Shown here: piece after piece, positions 23,048 through 31,774 of the stretch
Layout of the letters: each line of letters begins with the position of its first letter
Numbering within the stretch: the first letter of the stretch is position 1
Source: a virus
Direction: 5' to 3' (one strand)
Length of the DNA: 41,072 nt
Virus record (IMG/VR): IMGVR_UViG_3300050505_000076
Location: 1 to 41,072 of that record
Notes under the pieces: generated by a model
What the model was told of the DNA's origin: nothing
The model's input: only the letters and a program-made list of their open reading frames with translations
The model's database searches: none
Made by a program: the position numbers and the translations under genes

Positions 23048-23109
23048 GCCGCCCGTCTCGCCACTTCCGGCCGCCTTTCTGGCACGAGAGGCGATGCTGG
23101 ACGGGCGGC
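23048..23109. repeat. Long-range inverted repeat GCCGCCCGTC / GACGGGCGGC between convergent csrA and the holin-like gene (possible bidirectional terminator structure)
   Basis: 10-bp perfect arms at 23048-23057 and 23100-23109, with a nested imperfect hairpin (gcctttc / gagaggc) between them. No U-tract is present. Confidence 0.3.
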
Positions 23110-23115
23110 TCGTTC

Positions 23116-23313
23116 CTACTTCGGCGGAGGCTGATTGGCTGAATTCTGGAAGCCGCGCAAGATCGTGAGGATTCCGAGAAATCCCGCGACGTAATTGACG
23201 CCTTTTGGTCCGATAGTTTGCGCAAGCACCGTCGGATCGATCGCGCCCAGTACGCCCGCGACAGTGGTCGCCGCGCCGAGGATTTTGGTGCCATGGTTTG
23301 AGAAAATGCTCAT
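23116..23313 (-). CDS. Holin-like small membrane protein (two hydrophobic segments)
   Basis: 65 aa: ILGAATTVAGVLGAI and VNYVAGFLGILTIL, with a charged/polar C-terminus. ATGA overlap with the endolysin gene. Confidence 0.55.
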   Translation of the reverse strand: MSIFSNHGTKILGAATTVAGVLGAIDPTVLAQTIGPKGVNYVAGFLGILTILRGFQNSANQPPPK

Positions 23314-23654
23314 GCTCGTACTCCGTCAGGACTGATTGAATAGTGATTTGGGTCTGGACGCGTCTTGAAGTCCCCGCCCCAACGATGATCAGGGCCAAGT
23401 GTCTTCCACCACGTTCCGAGCTCGCGATGCCCGCGGTCATCCGTGATATAGACGCCATCCTTGAAGAGATTCAGGTCAATCGCGAGGCGTTCGCAGTGAA
23501 GGCTGTTCTTGATGCCTGAGCCATTTGCCGCATTCGCTGCGGCTTGCTGCGGGCTTCTATAGGCATCACCGAAAGTCACACCGTACCCCAGCTCCGCAGC
23601 CTTCAGAATGAGCCGTGCAGCGTCTTGTGCGAACCGCTCCTGTAGCACGCTCAT
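23310..23654 (-). CDS. Endolysin, M15-type zinc peptidase (VanY / L-Ala-D-Glu peptidase-like)
   Basis: The zinc ligand pattern is SLHCERLAIDLNLF ... DPNHYS. ATGA overlap with the upstream membrane protein gene. No signal peptide is present. Confidence 0.75.
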   Translation of the reverse strand: MSVLQERFAQDAARLILKAAELGYGVTFGDAYRSPQQAAANAANGSGIKNSLHCERLAIDLNLFKDGVYITDDRGHRELGTWWKTLGPDHRWGGDFKTRPDPNHYSISPDGVRA

Positions 23655-24040
23655 CGCTTGCACTCCGGCTCCGGATATCGCTGGCCAACGATGCGTTCGT
23701 ATTCGACCTGGAGACTATCGATGTACCGCGTAAGCGAGTCGACCACGTTTTGGTCGGTAGAAGCGCAACGCACCCTGATCTGGGCGCGAATCTCCTGCGA
23801 GAGCGTAACGCGCGCAGAAGCATTGACGGTCTGCTGAACCTGGCTTACATCGTTTGCCCGAGCAAATCCCACGAGACCTATCGCAGTAAGCCATCCGCAG
23901 GCCCACGCAATATGGATGCTCACGAAAAGCACCCACAGAACGCGCAGGATGAGCGCCTGATCTTTGCGATTGAGCCGGAAACCGGCGACCAATGCGGAAA
24001 ATGCGCCTGTGACATCTGGGGGATCCTCATTTGAACTCAC
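23651..24040 (-). CDS. Membrane protein of the lysis cassette (holin or spanin-like: N-terminal TM region plus helical C-terminal domain)
   Basis: Hydrophobic stretch ALILRVLWVLFVSIHIAWACGWLTAIGLVGF is followed by a Gln/Arg-rich helical region. Confidence 0.5.
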   Translation of the reverse strand: MSSNEDPPDVTGAFSALVAGFRLNRKDQALILRVLWVLFVSIHIAWACGWLTAIGLVGFARANDVSQVQQTVNASARVTLSQEIRAQIRVRCASTDQNVVDSLTRYIDSLQVEYERIVGQRYPEPECKR

Positions 24041-24116
24041 ATTCCACTCTCATTCCCGGCACGCTTGATTCGCGGACCTCGAATACGTTTTTCTGTTCTC
24101 GGCTATACTTTGGCGG

Positions 24117-24878
24117 ATGGGACTTAAGGAACAGCTGCCAAGGATCGCGCGGGTGTGGCGAGGCCTCCGGCAGATCAGAAGCGGGCTTCGTCCACCATTC
24201 CGCGGTGTTTACGCAAGCTTCAGTGCAGTTCCGAGAAGCGGACCCACATTTGATGGTGAGGAGTGGGCACGATCCGCGGCCGCCTATTCTCGATGCATGA
24301 TCGAGCGTGATTCCGGATCCGTGCCGTATGAAGTCACGGACGAAAAGTCGCTGCTGCCCCTCCTTCTCGCACTCCACCCTACTGCGTCCGTGCTCGATTG
24401 GGGTGGCGCCACGGGATTCGGATACCTTGCGATTCAGCACGCAACGGATCGCTCGCCACGCTACACCGTCGTTGAGACCGAAGCCGTTTGCGCGGTTGGC
24501 GGAGAGTTGCTCCCCACTGTTCGCTTCGTGACCGATATCCCCGCCGAGCAGTTCGATATCGTGGTGCTCGGATCGTCCCTGCAATACGTTGAGGACTGGC
24601 GCGCGCTCATCGGCAGGCTTCTGCGCGGCAATCCCCGCTTTGTGCTCCTGACTAAAACCCCGTCCGGTGACATACCCACCTACGTAACCGCCCAAACGAA
24701 CATGCGCGGGAGCCATCCACATTGGATGTGGAATACTGACGAACTTCTGTCGTTCATGATCTCGAACGGCTTCCGCTGCATCTTCCGCAGCGCCTGTGTC
24801 GGCGCTGTCAACCAAGATAACTTCCCGCCGTCTCACCGACTCGGGCAGCCCGCGAACTTCCTCTTTGAGAGAACGTAA
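24117..24878 (+). CDS. Class I SAM-dependent methyltransferase (resembles the TIGR04325 polysaccharide-associated family)
   Basis: VLDWGGATGFGY (motif I) ... FDIVVLGSSLQYVEDW ... RFVLLTKTP. It is the only plus-strand gene inside the minus-strand late region and is convergent with the tailspike, with a 2-nt gap. Confidence 0.7.
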   Translation: MGLKEQLPRIARVWRGLRQIRSGLRPPFRGVYASFSAVPRSGPTFDGEEWARSAAAYSRCMIERDSGSVPYEVTDEKSLLPLLLALHPTASVLDWGGATGFGYLAIQHATDRSPRYTVVETEAVCAVGGELLPTVRFVTDIPAEQFDIVVLGSSLQYVEDWRALIGRLLRGNPRFVLLTKTPSGDIPTYVTAQTNMRGSHPHWMWNTDELLSFMISNGFRCIFRSACVGAVNQDNFPPSHRLGQPANFLFERT

Positions 24879-24880
24879 GC

Positions 24881-26935
24881 TCACGCAACCCCCGCGAAGA
24901 CTTTGATCGAGATCGTTTTCCCAGCAGGGAGCAGTGTCGTATTGATGGTAGCGGCTGCGCCCGTCAGATCGTCCGTAAGGAAGATGGCAAGCCGTGAGCG
25001 CGTCGTGCCATTGATGTTGATCGAGTCGAACCCTACTGCAGCATTCACACGCTGCGCGTTTCCGTCGTAATACTCGACCACTGCGGTGGACCAGTTGGCC
25101 GCTCGAGTCTGCGCGGCGGTGTCAAAGTAGATGTTGCCGCCCGTAATCCCTACGCCTACACCACCGAATCCGGTTCCCGCGCCGACAGTAGGCGTGTTTT
25201 GGAAAGTGACACTCGCCCCGCTAATTCCTTGAATTAGGTTTGCTGATACGGCCTGCCCCGCGTCCATGTGGCTCGTGCAAATGTGATGCTGAAGGGTGCC
25301 CGCGTTGTTCTTTATCTCGACCGTGAATTGATTGAACTTGTGACCTTGGAAGGCAAGACTGCCCGCCGTGTCAAAGTCCAATCCACCATAGAACTTCGTC
25401 GGGTAGCGAGTATCTCCATAGACCACAGCGGCATTCGCGAAAAGGCCCGCGAATCCATTCTGGGGCGGCAGAAGCGTATTGCCATTTGAGTTGTTGTGAA
25501 CTCCGGCATAGTGATCCCGAGCGCCAGTCGTCGTGCTGCTGTTGTAGCCACAGAAACTATTCGCAAGCTTGGTGACATCGATGTCAGCGGAAAGACCCAG
25601 GTTGAATCGGAAGAAATTCCCCTGAACAACTATGCTCCGGTGAAAAATCGCTCCCCCGGAAGAACCGAAAACCAAAGATGAGCCAGCCAGCATGTCCTGG
25701 CCGAAAGTGTTGTCCTCAATTATTCCATTTTGACAAGGACTCAGCGTCGTACCGCTGACGTACGTTTGATCCGTGACGAAGATGTTCGAGATCGAATTGG
25801 TCTGCTGTGCTCCAGCATTCTCCATGTCATGGCCATCGATCTTGAATCCATTGACGCTACACAGCGCAATCGAGTTCGCGGCGCCATTGCAATTGTTGTC
25901 GTGATAGTGGTGATTGGCACCACCATCATCGATGATGCAAACACTGTTAGCTCCGGTCGTATCCAACTGATTGTCATTGACCGTGATGACATTGGTGAAT
26001 CCCGTTCCTTGTCCTGCGGAACGATCTGGGCCATTGACTAACCAAATGCAAGCCGGATTCGCCGGTCCTGAAATACTGATGACATTGTCGTGGAAATGCG
26101 AAACCTCGCATCCATCGATGATGATTCCGTATTTGAATGTGCCGACAAGATAGCAGTCATACACTTCATAAAAGGACCACCCACACGCATTCAGTTCAAT
26201 CGCTGCGCCTGTATTTGAACCACTAGACGTTATGATCTTGATGCCACGAAATGTGACCAATCCGAAGCCACCGCTATTCGGCGTCGGTATCGTCGTGCCG
26301 TTGTTCGTTGAGCGCCATGCCGATGAAGTGCCTGTGTACGTGAAAACGCATGCTTTGCGATCTTGCCCGAAGACCGTTAAACCAGGTCCAAACAAAATCT
26401 GCGAGCTATGCGCAATGTTTCCTCCTGGATGGAAAATATATCCCGTACCTCCACTTGCTTGAGCGGCCAGGATGGCGTTCTGAATCTGAGTGGAGTTGTC
26501 TGCCCCACCTGTGACGTCGCATCCATACCGCCGGAGATCTCCCGGGGGATAGATGTAGAAAGTTGGCGTAATCCCTGCACTGATTTCCGCCGTAGTGCGC
26601 GGATAAATGATCCGCCCAAGGAATTGCTGCGTTAGTGTGCTGATCGATACTGGCCCTTCGATATTGTCGACTGACCAGATGGGATTGGCAGGAGGATCAG
26701 TATCGAGAGGCCCAGCGAGAACGAACTTATATGCAAGTGTCGGGTCCAGCCAAACGTTGCATTCCCCTCGGAAATTCAACCGAATGGGATTCGTGTTTTG
26801 AGACATCCCGGTTGAATCGGTGTAGGTCGCAAGCTTCGTGCTTGTGCCAGCTACGTAAGTAAAAAGCTTCCCGCCAACGAGCGGAATACCGACATTGCTG
26901 AAGAACTTCAGGACTGGAAGTGGAGAGAGGTTCAT
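24881..26935 (-). CDS. Tailspike with right-handed beta-helix/pectate-lyase-like depolymerase domain
   Basis: The N-terminal anchor FFSNVGIPLVGGKLFTYVAGTSTKLATYTD...NPI is shared with the neighbouring fibre. RRYGCDVTGGADNSTQIQNAILAAQASGGTGYIFHPGG is pectate_lyase_3-like. The body is long and Gly/Asn/Thr-rich. Confidence 0.8.
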   Translation of the reverse strand: MNLSPLPVLKFFSNVGIPLVGGKLFTYVAGTSTKLATYTDSTGMSQNTNPIRLNFRGECNVWLDPTLAYKFVLAGPLDTDPPANPIWSVDNIEGPVSISTLTQQFLGRIIYPRTTAEISAGITPTFYIYPPGDLRRYGCDVTGGADNSTQIQNAILAAQASGGTGYIFHPGGNIAHSSQILFGPGLTVFGQDRKACVFTYTGTSSAWRSTNNGTTIPTPNSGGFGLVTFRGIKIITSSGSNTGAAIELNACGWSFYEVYDCYLVGTFKYGIIIDGCEVSHFHDNVISISGPANPACIWLVNGPDRSAGQGTGFTNVITVNDNQLDTTGANSVCIIDDGGANHHYHDNNCNGAANSIALCSVNGFKIDGHDMENAGAQQTNSISNIFVTDQTYVSGTTLSPCQNGIIEDNTFGQDMLAGSSLVFGSSGGAIFHRSIVVQGNFFRFNLGLSADIDVTKLANSFCGYNSSTTTGARDHYAGVHNNSNGNTLLPPQNGFAGLFANAAVVYGDTRYPTKFYGGLDFDTAGSLAFQGHKFNQFTVEIKNNAGTLQHHICTSHMDAGQAVSANLIQGISGASVTFQNTPTVGAGTGFGGVGVGITGGNIYFDTAAQTRAANWSTAVVEYYDGNAQRVNAAVGFDSININGTTRSRLAIFLTDDLTGAAATINTTLLPAGKTISIKVFAGVA

Positions 26936-26936
26936 A

Positions 26937-27884
26937 TCAGTTCAGCAAGTAGGTCCAGGTCCATCCGGTATCTAGACCTTTGGTGCCTGAAGTGGTGAAG
27001 CCAGTGCCCGACGGCGTGGTGCCAAGATTGAATTGAACCGTGCCGAGTGAGCCGTGACCCACGGAGCCCAGTTTGTTCGAGCCGTTGTCGATCATCACGG
27101 CCGGCGACATGCCGATGAGAGACTTCGTCGTCGGGCGTAGGTTCGTCGGCAGATTGCCGATCGACATGAGATTGGCATTGCTTGTGCCAGTGGTGCCCGT
27201 CCACTCAAGGGTTGCTAATCGACCGGTGATCTGCCATTTCATCGTGCCCGTGGGCGCGGCGCTGAAACCGCTCCAAGTCGGCGTAAATGATCCAGCGGTC
27301 ACGCTCGCAGCGATACCCGAGGACAACAAGAGCCAATTTCCATTTAAGTACATGACCTGCACGGCTTGGCCAGCAGTCAATTGATCTGCAGTAAGACCCG
27401 AGCCGTCTTGGTTGATAATGCTGACGATTCCCAGACCGTTGACGTTCAGCGTACTTGCGCCAGTATTCGTGTTGCCTGGAATCCAATACAGAACGATTCC
27501 GTCTGTGTACGAGCTGAAGTTCGCCGTAAAGGTCAGTACGTACGCATTGGCCGAACCGGTATCGAGGCCACCATAGAGCGTGACGAGCTGACTCGATACG
27601 AGATCGTCCACTGACCAAATTGGGTTGGCCGGCGGGTCCGTGTCATCAGGTCTGGCGAAAACAAGCTTGTAGGCAACGTTCGGCGGGATCCAGATGGCGG
27701 CCTCGCCGCGATAATCAAGCTCAATCGGGTTGGTGTTAGGGGTTCCGGTCGTGTTGTCCCTATATGTCGCAAGCTTGATCGAAGTGCCCGCTTCGTAGGT
27801 GAAAAGCTGGTAGCTCACGGCTGGACGTCCGTTATTGTCAAAAAACTGGGCACGGGGCCATGGAGTGAGGACGGTGGTCGTCAT
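26937..27884 (-). CDS. Tail fibre / second receptor-binding protein
   Basis: The N-terminus FFDNNGRPAVSYQLFTYEAGTSIKLATYRD...NPIELDYRGEA...DPPANPIWSVDD is homologous to the tailspike N-terminus. The C-terminal domain is distinct. Confidence 0.75.
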   Translation of the reverse strand: MTTTVLTPWPRAQFFDNNGRPAVSYQLFTYEAGTSIKLATYRDNTTGTPNTNPIELDYRGEAAIWIPPNVAYKLVFARPDDTDPPANPIWSVDDLVSSQLVTLYGGLDTGSANAYVLTFTANFSSYTDGIVLYWIPGNTNTGASTLNVNGLGIVSIINQDGSGLTADQLTAGQAVQVMYLNGNWLLLSSGIAASVTAGSFTPTWSGFSAAPTGTMKWQITGRLATLEWTGTTGTSNANLMSIGNLPTNLRPTTKSLIGMSPAVMIDNGSNKLGSVGHGSLGTVQFNLGTTPSGTGFTTSGTKGLDTGWTWTYLLN

Positions 27885-28135
27885 AGACTCACCGCCATGC
27901 AGGTCTCATGGTGGATCATCGGCCTCGGCCTTCTTGTCTGGGGCCTACGGGTCGAGGGCATAGCCGCAACGTTGTGGTCGCTTGTTGGAACCCTGCTCGC
28001 GGCGACTATGGTGATCTCCTTCGTCGCGATCGTGATGACTCCTACCGGAGCCACGATCGTAGCGACGCTGGCCGTTGCAGCTGCCACCTGGCGCGCGATG
28101 TGGTGGCTGACCGACCGCGGATACATCTGATTCAT
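27881..28135 (-). CDS. Hypothetical small protein; coding strand ambiguous
   Basis: ATGA overlaps occur at both ends and a GGAGGG Shine-Dalgarno lies 4 nt upstream. A plus-strand ORF (27897-28130) encoding a clean 3-TM protein shares the same wobble positions. Confidence 0.4.
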   Translation of the reverse strand: MNQMYPRSVSHHIARQVAAATASVATIVAPVGVITIATKEITIVAASRVPTSDHNVAAMPSTRRPQTRRPRPMIHHETCMAVSL

Positions 28136-29673
28136 TGACCCTCCGCCTGGAGAGCTGCGCTCGGCGCGATTCCGAAGACATCGGGCGCACCCGCATATGG
28201 CGCATCAACCAATTGCTGTTGCCACCATGGCGAGAGGAGCGCGCTGCGGACACCGGGACGCACCGCCACCGCGGCCAATCCCAAAGGACTATGCGAAGCG
28301 GCTGTCGTGATTGCGGCCGTAGCCCAGTCGAGCGGTGAAGCACCGGGCATCGATTCGGTGATCTCTTTGGCTGCCTTCGGGAAGGCCTGACCGAACTTCG
28401 CCACCGTTTCGAGTTCGCCAGATAACGGCTTACCCTTCACCATCTGTTGAGTGAGATTGCCGGCGACGACATTGCCGGTTGTCTCGTTCAATGCCTTCTC
28501 GACGGAATGCGACATCGCTATGAGCTTGCGAGCCGCGCCGAAGGATTCGGCGATGTCACCATTCCCGGTCGCGACGAGATGACGCTGAATCAGATCCTCC
28601 AGCGTCGAGGCGGCTTCACGCTGCGCCATGCCAAGCGCCTGCTTGGAAGGATCGGCGGCATTCATTCCCGAGAGATTGCTGCCGGCTTGCTTGCGCAGTT
28701 CACGCAAGTATTGGAGCGCAGCCTTCGAGCTGAAACTGTCCTGCAGGAGCGAATCGACCATATCGCTGATCTGCTTCGTCGCGCCAACATTCGCGCCAGG
28801 GAATGCCTGTGCAATCTCATCCGCTCCACGTCCGAGCTGTGCGAGGTCTTTCAGATACTCGCCATCCGGTTTGATCTCCCCCGCATTGGCGATCTGCTCG
28901 TAGACCTTGCCCGCGGTATCACGCAGCGATTTCAGCGATTCAGGGGTGATCGGCTCGCCCTCCTGCATTCCGAGAGCTTTGCGCACGAGCGAGTTTGTGA
29001 CTTCCTGGTTCTGCGCAGATGCCTTCTGCGCTGTCTTGATCTTGCCGGCGAGCCCCTCCGCGATCTTGTTCATCATGTTCGGGTTCGCAGTGGTTGGCGG
29101 GACTACGTAGCCCTCCTTTATGGAGTCGCGCAATACTTGTTCTGAAGGGCTTGCTGCAGGTCTCACAAACCCCGCCGGCGCTGGTTCCTTGATGGTGGGA
29201 GCCGGAACGCGCGAGCCTGTCAGCACCGATTCGATGAAGCCGGCCACTTTCTCAGATGTGCTCTTTGGCTCGGGAAGTCCCGCAGCGGTCAACTGCTTCT
29301 CGAAGGTTTTCGAGGGAAGCTCGTATTCCTGATGGGAGCCACCCGTCTTGGCGAAGGGATTGAAATCGGCGAGTGTCGGCATTTCGCCCTGCGCCAAGTT
29401 GGTAACGAGATTGCGGGTAGCGACACCTGCATCCATTGCCATCATGGGCATGGAAGCAATGCCCTGAGCGACCGCACGCCCAGAGAGTCCCACTTGTCTG
29501 ACGGGTTGCTGCCACCATGGCGTTTCTGACTGAGGCGTAGCGACAGGCGCCGCAGTCGGTGCAGCGGTAGATTTCGCATGCGCATCGAGCAACGCATCGA
29601 TGTCCTCATCTGCAACGGGTTGATTGGCCGCGCGCGAGTCGAGTAGAGCATCGATGTCATCTGCCTCGGCCAT
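28132..29673 (-). CDS. Internal virion/ejection protein (putative)
   Basis: 513 aa, Ala/Gln-rich with an acidic repeated N-terminus (DDIDALLD twice). Its position is between the other ejection proteins and the fibres. Confidence 0.55.
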   Translation of the reverse strand: MAEADDIDALLDSRAANQPVADEDIDALLDAHAKSTAAPTAAPVATPQSETPWWQQPVRQVGLSGRAVAQGIASMPMMAMDAGVATRNLVTNLAQGEMPTLADFNPFAKTGGSHQEYELPSKTFEKQLTAAGLPEPKSTSEKVAGFIESVLTGSRVPAPTIKEPAPAGFVRPAASPSEQVLRDSIKEGYVVPPTTANPNMMNKIAEGLAGKIKTAQKASAQNQEVTNSLVRKALGMQEGEPITPESLKSLRDTAGKVYEQIANAGEIKPDGEYLKDLAQLGRGADEIAQAFPGANVGATKQISDMVDSLLQDSFSSKAALQYLRELRKQAGSNLSGMNAADPSKQALGMAQREAASTLEDLIQRHLVATGNGDIAESFGAARKLIAMSHSVEKALNETTGNVVAGNLTQQMVKGKPLSGELETVAKFGQAFPKAAKEITESMPGASPLDWATAAITTAASHSPLGLAAVAVRPGVRSALLSPWWQQQLVDAPYAGAPDVFGIAPSAALQAEGQ

Positions 29674-31103
29674 CAGAGCGCGCCCAATTCACGCAGCTTC
29701 GCGCGCTTCTCTTTGAGAGATGCGGCCTCCTTCGGCGAGAGAGACTCGACGATCTTCTTTCGATCCTCCGGCGCGGCTGCCTGAATCTGGAAAATCACCG
29801 GGTCATAGGCTTGACGGAACTCAGTCTCGAACTCGTGCTGTTTCGTGATCCCGTTGCCCTCCTTCTTCAGCCACTTCTCTTGCGCGTCTCCCTTGGCTTC
29901 CATCGCCATCGTCTGTGCTTTGGCGTATTGCAGAACTGACTGAATCGCCTGCGGTGTGTAACCGATATTCGCGTTCTGCTTATGGATCGATTCGCGCTCA
30001 GCGTCGGTTCGGGCATTGACACCCAGCACGCGCGAAGCGTCGGTAGCGATGCGCTCTGAAAACTTGTCGAGTTCCTGAAGTTTGCTGGCATCGTCCATGC
30101 CTTCGAAGCCTGGAATTAGAGAGCCAATGCCGCTTTCGATCTGCGCGCGTTTCGAGGCCCATGCGCCGGTGCTCAGGCCCTTCGACAAATCCAACGCCTT
30201 GTTGATCTGATCGAGCTGCTGGGGTGCCATCGATGCCGCGGAACGATTGGCCGTCACATTCTCGAAGTTCTGTTGTGCCTGATGCTCAAATGAGGCGCGT
30301 TCGCCAACATCGAACCGAGCAGGCCCAGTGCCTCCCTGATTGGCGAGTGGCTGAACTCCGGATATCTGCCCGCGCGGATCGCGAAGCAGCCGATACTGAT
30401 TCCCGAGCTGATCGGCGATCACGGTGTCCTGCTCACCAGGCCCAAGGGTCATCGGCAGAGTCGCGGCGGCTGGAGAGGCTCCGGGCGCCAGCGGATTGAT
30501 CTGCACGGCTTGGCCGCCCGTGCCCAGATACTGCGGCTGTTGTTTACTGAGCTGATCTGAGGCCGATGCCGCCTGCAATCCGATTGCACGTAGCGCATCG
30601 GACATGCGTCCCTTGGGGGCCTTCTGCAGCGGTGCCGCGTAGGCTTTGAGCACGGGGAGTACGTCTTCGCCGTACATCTCCCCGAACTGCAGCATTGCCT
30701 GATTGACCTTCTGGCGCCCTTTCTCGTTGTCCTCGGCGACATCTGAATCTGAGCGCAGCGCATTCATCATCGAGCCGAATGCTTCGCGCTGGTCTTCGCG
30801 GAGCGCGGTCAGGGTCCGCTTGTTCTGCACCTGCTGCTCTTTCGCAGCAATCGCCTTGCTGACCACATCGAGGTACTGATCGCCAGCCGCCGCGCGCAGT
30901 TCAGGATCGTTCAGCGAGTTGAGATCAAAGGTCCCATCCTCGCCGATGTGCTTGTTCCAGTCGTAGGAGGCGAGCGCCTGTCGTTGACGCAATGATTGCT
31001 GCTCGCCGGCAAGCGCCGTGCGCTGATGCTGGATCTGCAGAAGCTGCGAAAGCTTCCCGGCGAAGTCGGGAACTTCTGCGTTGAGACCGACGAGCTCGGC
31101 CAT
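29673..31103 (-). CDS. Internal virion/ejection protein (putative)
   Basis: 476 aa from MAELVGLNAEVPDF, helical and Gln-rich. It has 1-nt overlaps with both neighbours. Confidence 0.55.
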   Translation of the reverse strand: MAELVGLNAEVPDFAGKLSQLLQIQHQRTALAGEQQSLRQRQALASYDWNKHIGEDGTFDLNSLNDPELRAAAGDQYLDVVSKAIAAKEQQVQNKRTLTALREDQREAFGSMMNALRSDSDVAEDNEKGRQKVNQAMLQFGEMYGEDVLPVLKAYAAPLQKAPKGRMSDALRAIGLQAASASDQLSKQQPQYLGTGGQAVQINPLAPGASPAAATLPMTLGPGEQDTVIADQLGNQYRLLRDPRGQISGVQPLANQGGTGPARFDVGERASFEHQAQQNFENVTANRSAASMAPQQLDQINKALDLSKGLSTGAWASKRAQIESGIGSLIPGFEGMDDASKLQELDKFSERIATDASRVLGVNARTDAERESIHKQNANIGYTPQAIQSVLQYAKAQTMAMEAKGDAQEKWLKKEGNGITKQHEFETEFRQAYDPVIFQIQAAAPEDRKKIVESLSPKEAASLKEKRAKLRELGAL

Positions 31104-31774
31104 CACACGCCCCCAACTGTCGCGGGTCGCTGCCACATTTGCGGATTGTTATAGAGCCAATAATTGGTGAGACCCTGCCCAATCGCATTCCCCGCACCGA
31201 CAATTCCTGCTCCAGCTGCCGAACCAGCGTTCGTGTATGCCTGCCCGGCATTGCCGGCTAAATTCGTTCCCTGTTGACCGACTCCAGCGGCTGCGTTCTG
31301 GCCAAGATTTGCAATGCTCGATAGACGCGAGAAAATATTTCCCTGCTGCGTCTGATAGCGATTGAATGCATTGTTGTATTCCTGACTCGCGGCCTGCTGA
31401 TTCCAATCGAGAAGAGATTTCAAAGCGGCGCCTGAGAGCGCTCCAGAATCCGCTGCGGCGCTATTCTGCAGTGCCTGCATTCCCTGTTGCTGACGAAATG
31501 CATAACCTGGGTCTTCATAGTTGTAGAACTGTTCGACACCGAAAGGCTGCAGAAGAGAGCCATATTGCGGATCGCTCTGATCGCCGTAGTAATTGGCCAT
31601 GGTATCTGCCGTTCCTGCATTTGGATCGGATGCGGCAGCGCCATTGCTACCCTTATCCTTATAGGCCCCCGTGGCTTGACCGAGGGGGTCCATGTAAGTC
31701 ATCCCCAATGATTTCGCGACACCGGTCTTGAAAGGCGCTTGACCGATGTGTATCAATTTGGAGAAGAGGCCCAT
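31103..31774 (-). CDS. Internal virion protein (putative), Gly/Ala/Gln/Asn-rich
   Basis: 223 aa from MGLFSKLIHIG. The low-complexity AAGVGQQGTNLAGNAGQAYTNAGSAAGAGIVGAGN is typical of podovirus internal proteins. Confidence 0.5.
   Translation of the reverse strand: MGLFSKLIHIGQAPFKTGVAKSLGMTYMDPLGQATGAYKDKGSNGAAASDPNAGTADTMANYYGDQSDPQYGSLLQPFGVEQFYNYEDPGYAFRQQQGMQALQNSAAADSGALSGAALKSLLDWNQQAASQEYNNAFNRYQTQQGNIFSRLSSIANLGQNAAAGVGQQGTNLAGNAGQAYTNAGSAAGAGIVGAGNAIGQGLTNYWLYNNPQMWQRPATVGGV

Noticed and set aside
24027-24884. 285-aa minus-strand ORF covering the whole methyltransferase gene
   Set aside because: No domain is recognisable. The plus-strand frame has clear SAM-methyltransferase motifs (VLDWGGATGFGY and others).
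24881-27884. Diversity-generating retroelement targeting the fibre genes
   Set aside because: No reverse transcriptase gene and no template/variable repeat pair was found anywhere in the window.
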